Shown here: positions 62,184-64,000 of the stretch, in pieces
Position numbering within the stretch: the stretch's first letter is position 1
Layout of the letters: each line of letters opens with the position of its first letter
NCBI GenBank assembly: GCA_965112735.1
Contig: OZ218957.1
Span: 868,001 to 932,000 of the forward strand
Reading direction: 5' to 3'
Source of the DNA: Phaeosaccion multiseriatum
Lineage: Eukaryota > Protista > Ochrophyta, other classes
DNA length: 64,000 bases
Program-made: the position numbers and the translations under genes
Notes under the pieces: generated by a model
What the model saw: the letters and a program-made list of their open reading frames with translations, nothing else
Told to the model about the DNA's origin: nothing
Database searches by the model: none

Positions 62184-63170
62184 ATGATGAAGATCGCAAG
62201 CGTGTTCCTGGTTTCCTTCTTCTGCTGGTCTATTGCATGCAGCGTTTCTGCCGCGGAGCCTTCTTTCGCCGTGCGCGCTTCGATTATCAAGAGTGTTCGG
62301 GGGATACGAGGGGGTGCTTGTCCGATCGGCCGCGCAACCCCTTGCGACAGCGAGGGCTTCCCCAACAAGCCCGCTTATGGCTGGAACAAGGCCCCACCGA
62401 AAACGTCGCTGGCGGAATTGAGCCCAGGACATGCGAAGAGTGCCAACTCGATCATGCTAAATCTTATTGAGATGATGCACTACGCTCCCGGAATCCCCGC
62501 CTTTCTTTTTGCCCACAAGGTTGTGGCCAACTCGGACTTTTGGCTCAACAAGTTCGGTGGCGACTCGACGCGTCTCTTTCTCTTGATCATTTCCCAAGTC
62601 CTGGCGTTCGCTGGAGGTTTGCCCGGTTACGTCATGCACACATACGAAGGGTGGCAAGTGACTCCGTTTCTCAACCCGCTTTGTGACAAGGAACAGCTCA
62701 AGGTGTCTGCGAAAAACAATCAGTGGCTTCGTGAAGTTGCGTACAAATTCATCTTCGTCATGCAGTATGTTGCAGGGATGACTCTAGCGATGGCAGTCCT
62801 TGGCCCCGACTTTCTAGGGGGACATTTCTACTTTCTCTTCTGGGTCGGCCTGGCCGTGGCGTATCTTGGAAACCAATCGTCGAAGATGACGCGCACTCTG
62901 TTCGGACAGTCCACGTTTCCCTTGGCATATTGCACCTTCGTTCCGTTCGTGCTTGGCCAGATGGCTAACTTGTATGCCTGGAATAAGCTGGCGGGCGATA
63001 CAGTTGGAACCTGCATGGCAGTCGGTCCTGCCGCGCTCATTGCCTTCGGTGGCATGTGGGAAGGCTTGGTTGCGGAGACGACCTTCTTCCAGTACCATCA
63101 CTTCGTTGCTGTGGTCCTCTTCTTCCTCGGTACCTTTGGGCAACTTCACACGTTGGGCAAGCTGATGTAA
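62184..63170 (+). CDS. Intronless multi-pass membrane protein of unknown function with signal peptide
   Basis: MMKIASVFLVSFFCWSIACSVSA signal, IRGG, ~7 hydrophobic segments, EMMHY / MHTYEGWQ / YHHF. An upstream in-frame ATG at 62142 is also possible. Confidence 0.75.
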   Translation: MMKIASVFLVSFFCWSIACSVSAAEPSFAVRASIIKSVRGIRGGACPIGRATPCDSEGFPNKPAYGWNKAPPKTSLAELSPGHAKSANSIMLNLIEMMHYAPGIPAFLFAHKVVANSDFWLNKFGGDSTRLFLLIISQVLAFAGGLPGYVMHTYEGWQVTPFLNPLCDKEQLKVSAKNNQWLREVAYKFIFVMQYVAGMTLAMAVLGPDFLGGHFYFLFWVGLAVAYLGNQSSKMTRTLFGQSTFPLAYCTFVPFVLGQMANLYAWNKLAGDTVGTCMAVGPAALIAFGGMWEGLVAETTFFQYHHFVAVVLFFLGTFGQLHTLGKLM

Positions 63171-63543
63171 ACTCATGGCGGGCCGCTGCCTGTGGCTGTG
63201 TGGCTGTGTGACAGACTGACCGAGGCTACGGTCAGAGGACGAGCTGCTCCAGCGGTAGGCAGCTCATGCCACAACGGCAGCTGTGATGCGCGTATGGAAT
63301 GAGGAACAGGGCGGCTTTTCATCTGTCGTGGTTTGGGCTTCCAAAGAGGAGGGGGGGGGGGGAGAATTTAGAGGTTAGAGAGCGCGGTTTCGGGGCTACG
63401 CTGTAATGGCACATCAATTGGGCGGGGCTTGTGTACATCGATGCCGACGAAAGCGAATGTTGATAAGTCCACTCTCTTCGTAATGATAGACCCCTTTTTT
63501 TCAGTTTGTTTCTCCTCTCCCCCATTTCTCTTCTTCCTCTTTC

Positions 63544-64000
63544 TCACTGCTCTTTCTCCTCCCTTTCCTTCGTGGCCTCTTGCTGCCTCTTGTCCTTGGC
63601 CTGCTGAAGCCTCTGCCGCCTGCGCTCGTGCGCACTGCTCACCACCAGGGGAGCTTTCCCTGTTGCGCTTGGTGCCGGCTGCTCTGCAGCTCCTGTAGCG
63701 CTGCTCCCCTGACCTGCCATCCTCGCGCTTGATGAAGGCCCCTGCTCCCTCCACCTCCTGCTCTTGCGCTGCTCTCCGCTGCCCATGCCCGCGGTGAAAG
63801 GCCTGCAGCATCCCCGGGAGAGCTCCGGCTCTGGGAAGCTCCACGGCGACGTTATGAGAGCCCCCCGCCCTCCTTGCCCCTGCATTGGCCATGGGCACAC
63901 CAATAACAGTAGGCCCGACAGGAGTGGCATCACAACGACTTGACACGACCTCGACGCAGCACCGAAGTTGCAGCCCTTTGAGGTCTCTACTCACCTCGTA
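63544..64000 (-). CDS. Probable 3' end of a gene entering from the right edge
   Basis: GAG|GTGAGT donor at ~63994 on minus and a charged terminal ORF ending KEREEKEQ*. Acceptor not determined. Confidence 0.3.

Overview
Intron-rich eukaryotic DNA, most likely a flagellated photosynthetic stramenopile (ochrophyte). Evidence: a shikimate kinase with a bipartite signal+'AAAF' plastid presequence, IFT121/WDR35, and microsatellite-filled introns. (1) 1-13 kb is a resolvable nest of retroelements. A degenerate gag-protease fragment (A) is interrupted by a Ty3/gypsy chromovirus-like element (B, 2860-12793, minus, TSD CAAT, integrase deleted). B's 3' LTR carries two independent, oppositely oriented insertions of a 2.6-kb non-autonomous LTR element (C1/C2, TSDs AGTG and CCAG). 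C has no tRNA primer site but a perfect 11-nt self-priming signature and one intact ORF. An 89-bp hairpin element (D) sits at B's rearrangement junctions. (2) 13-49 kb holds ordinary genes: ERGIC3/Erv46, shikimate kinase, ankyrin-DHHC palmitoyltransferase, coiled-coil proteins, WDR35 and a DUF1997-like fragment. (3) 49.5-61 kb holds a ~24-exon secreted lectin: a tandem array of 12 symmetric phase-1 Cys-rich micro-exons in homogenised introns, then 2 C-type lectin and 2 circularly permuted F-type lectin domains. It is bracketed by inverted piggyBac-like ends with TCGA flanks. (4) 61-64 kb has nested MITEs and an intronless membrane-protein gene. All calls are from manual reading; exon edges may be off by a few bases.
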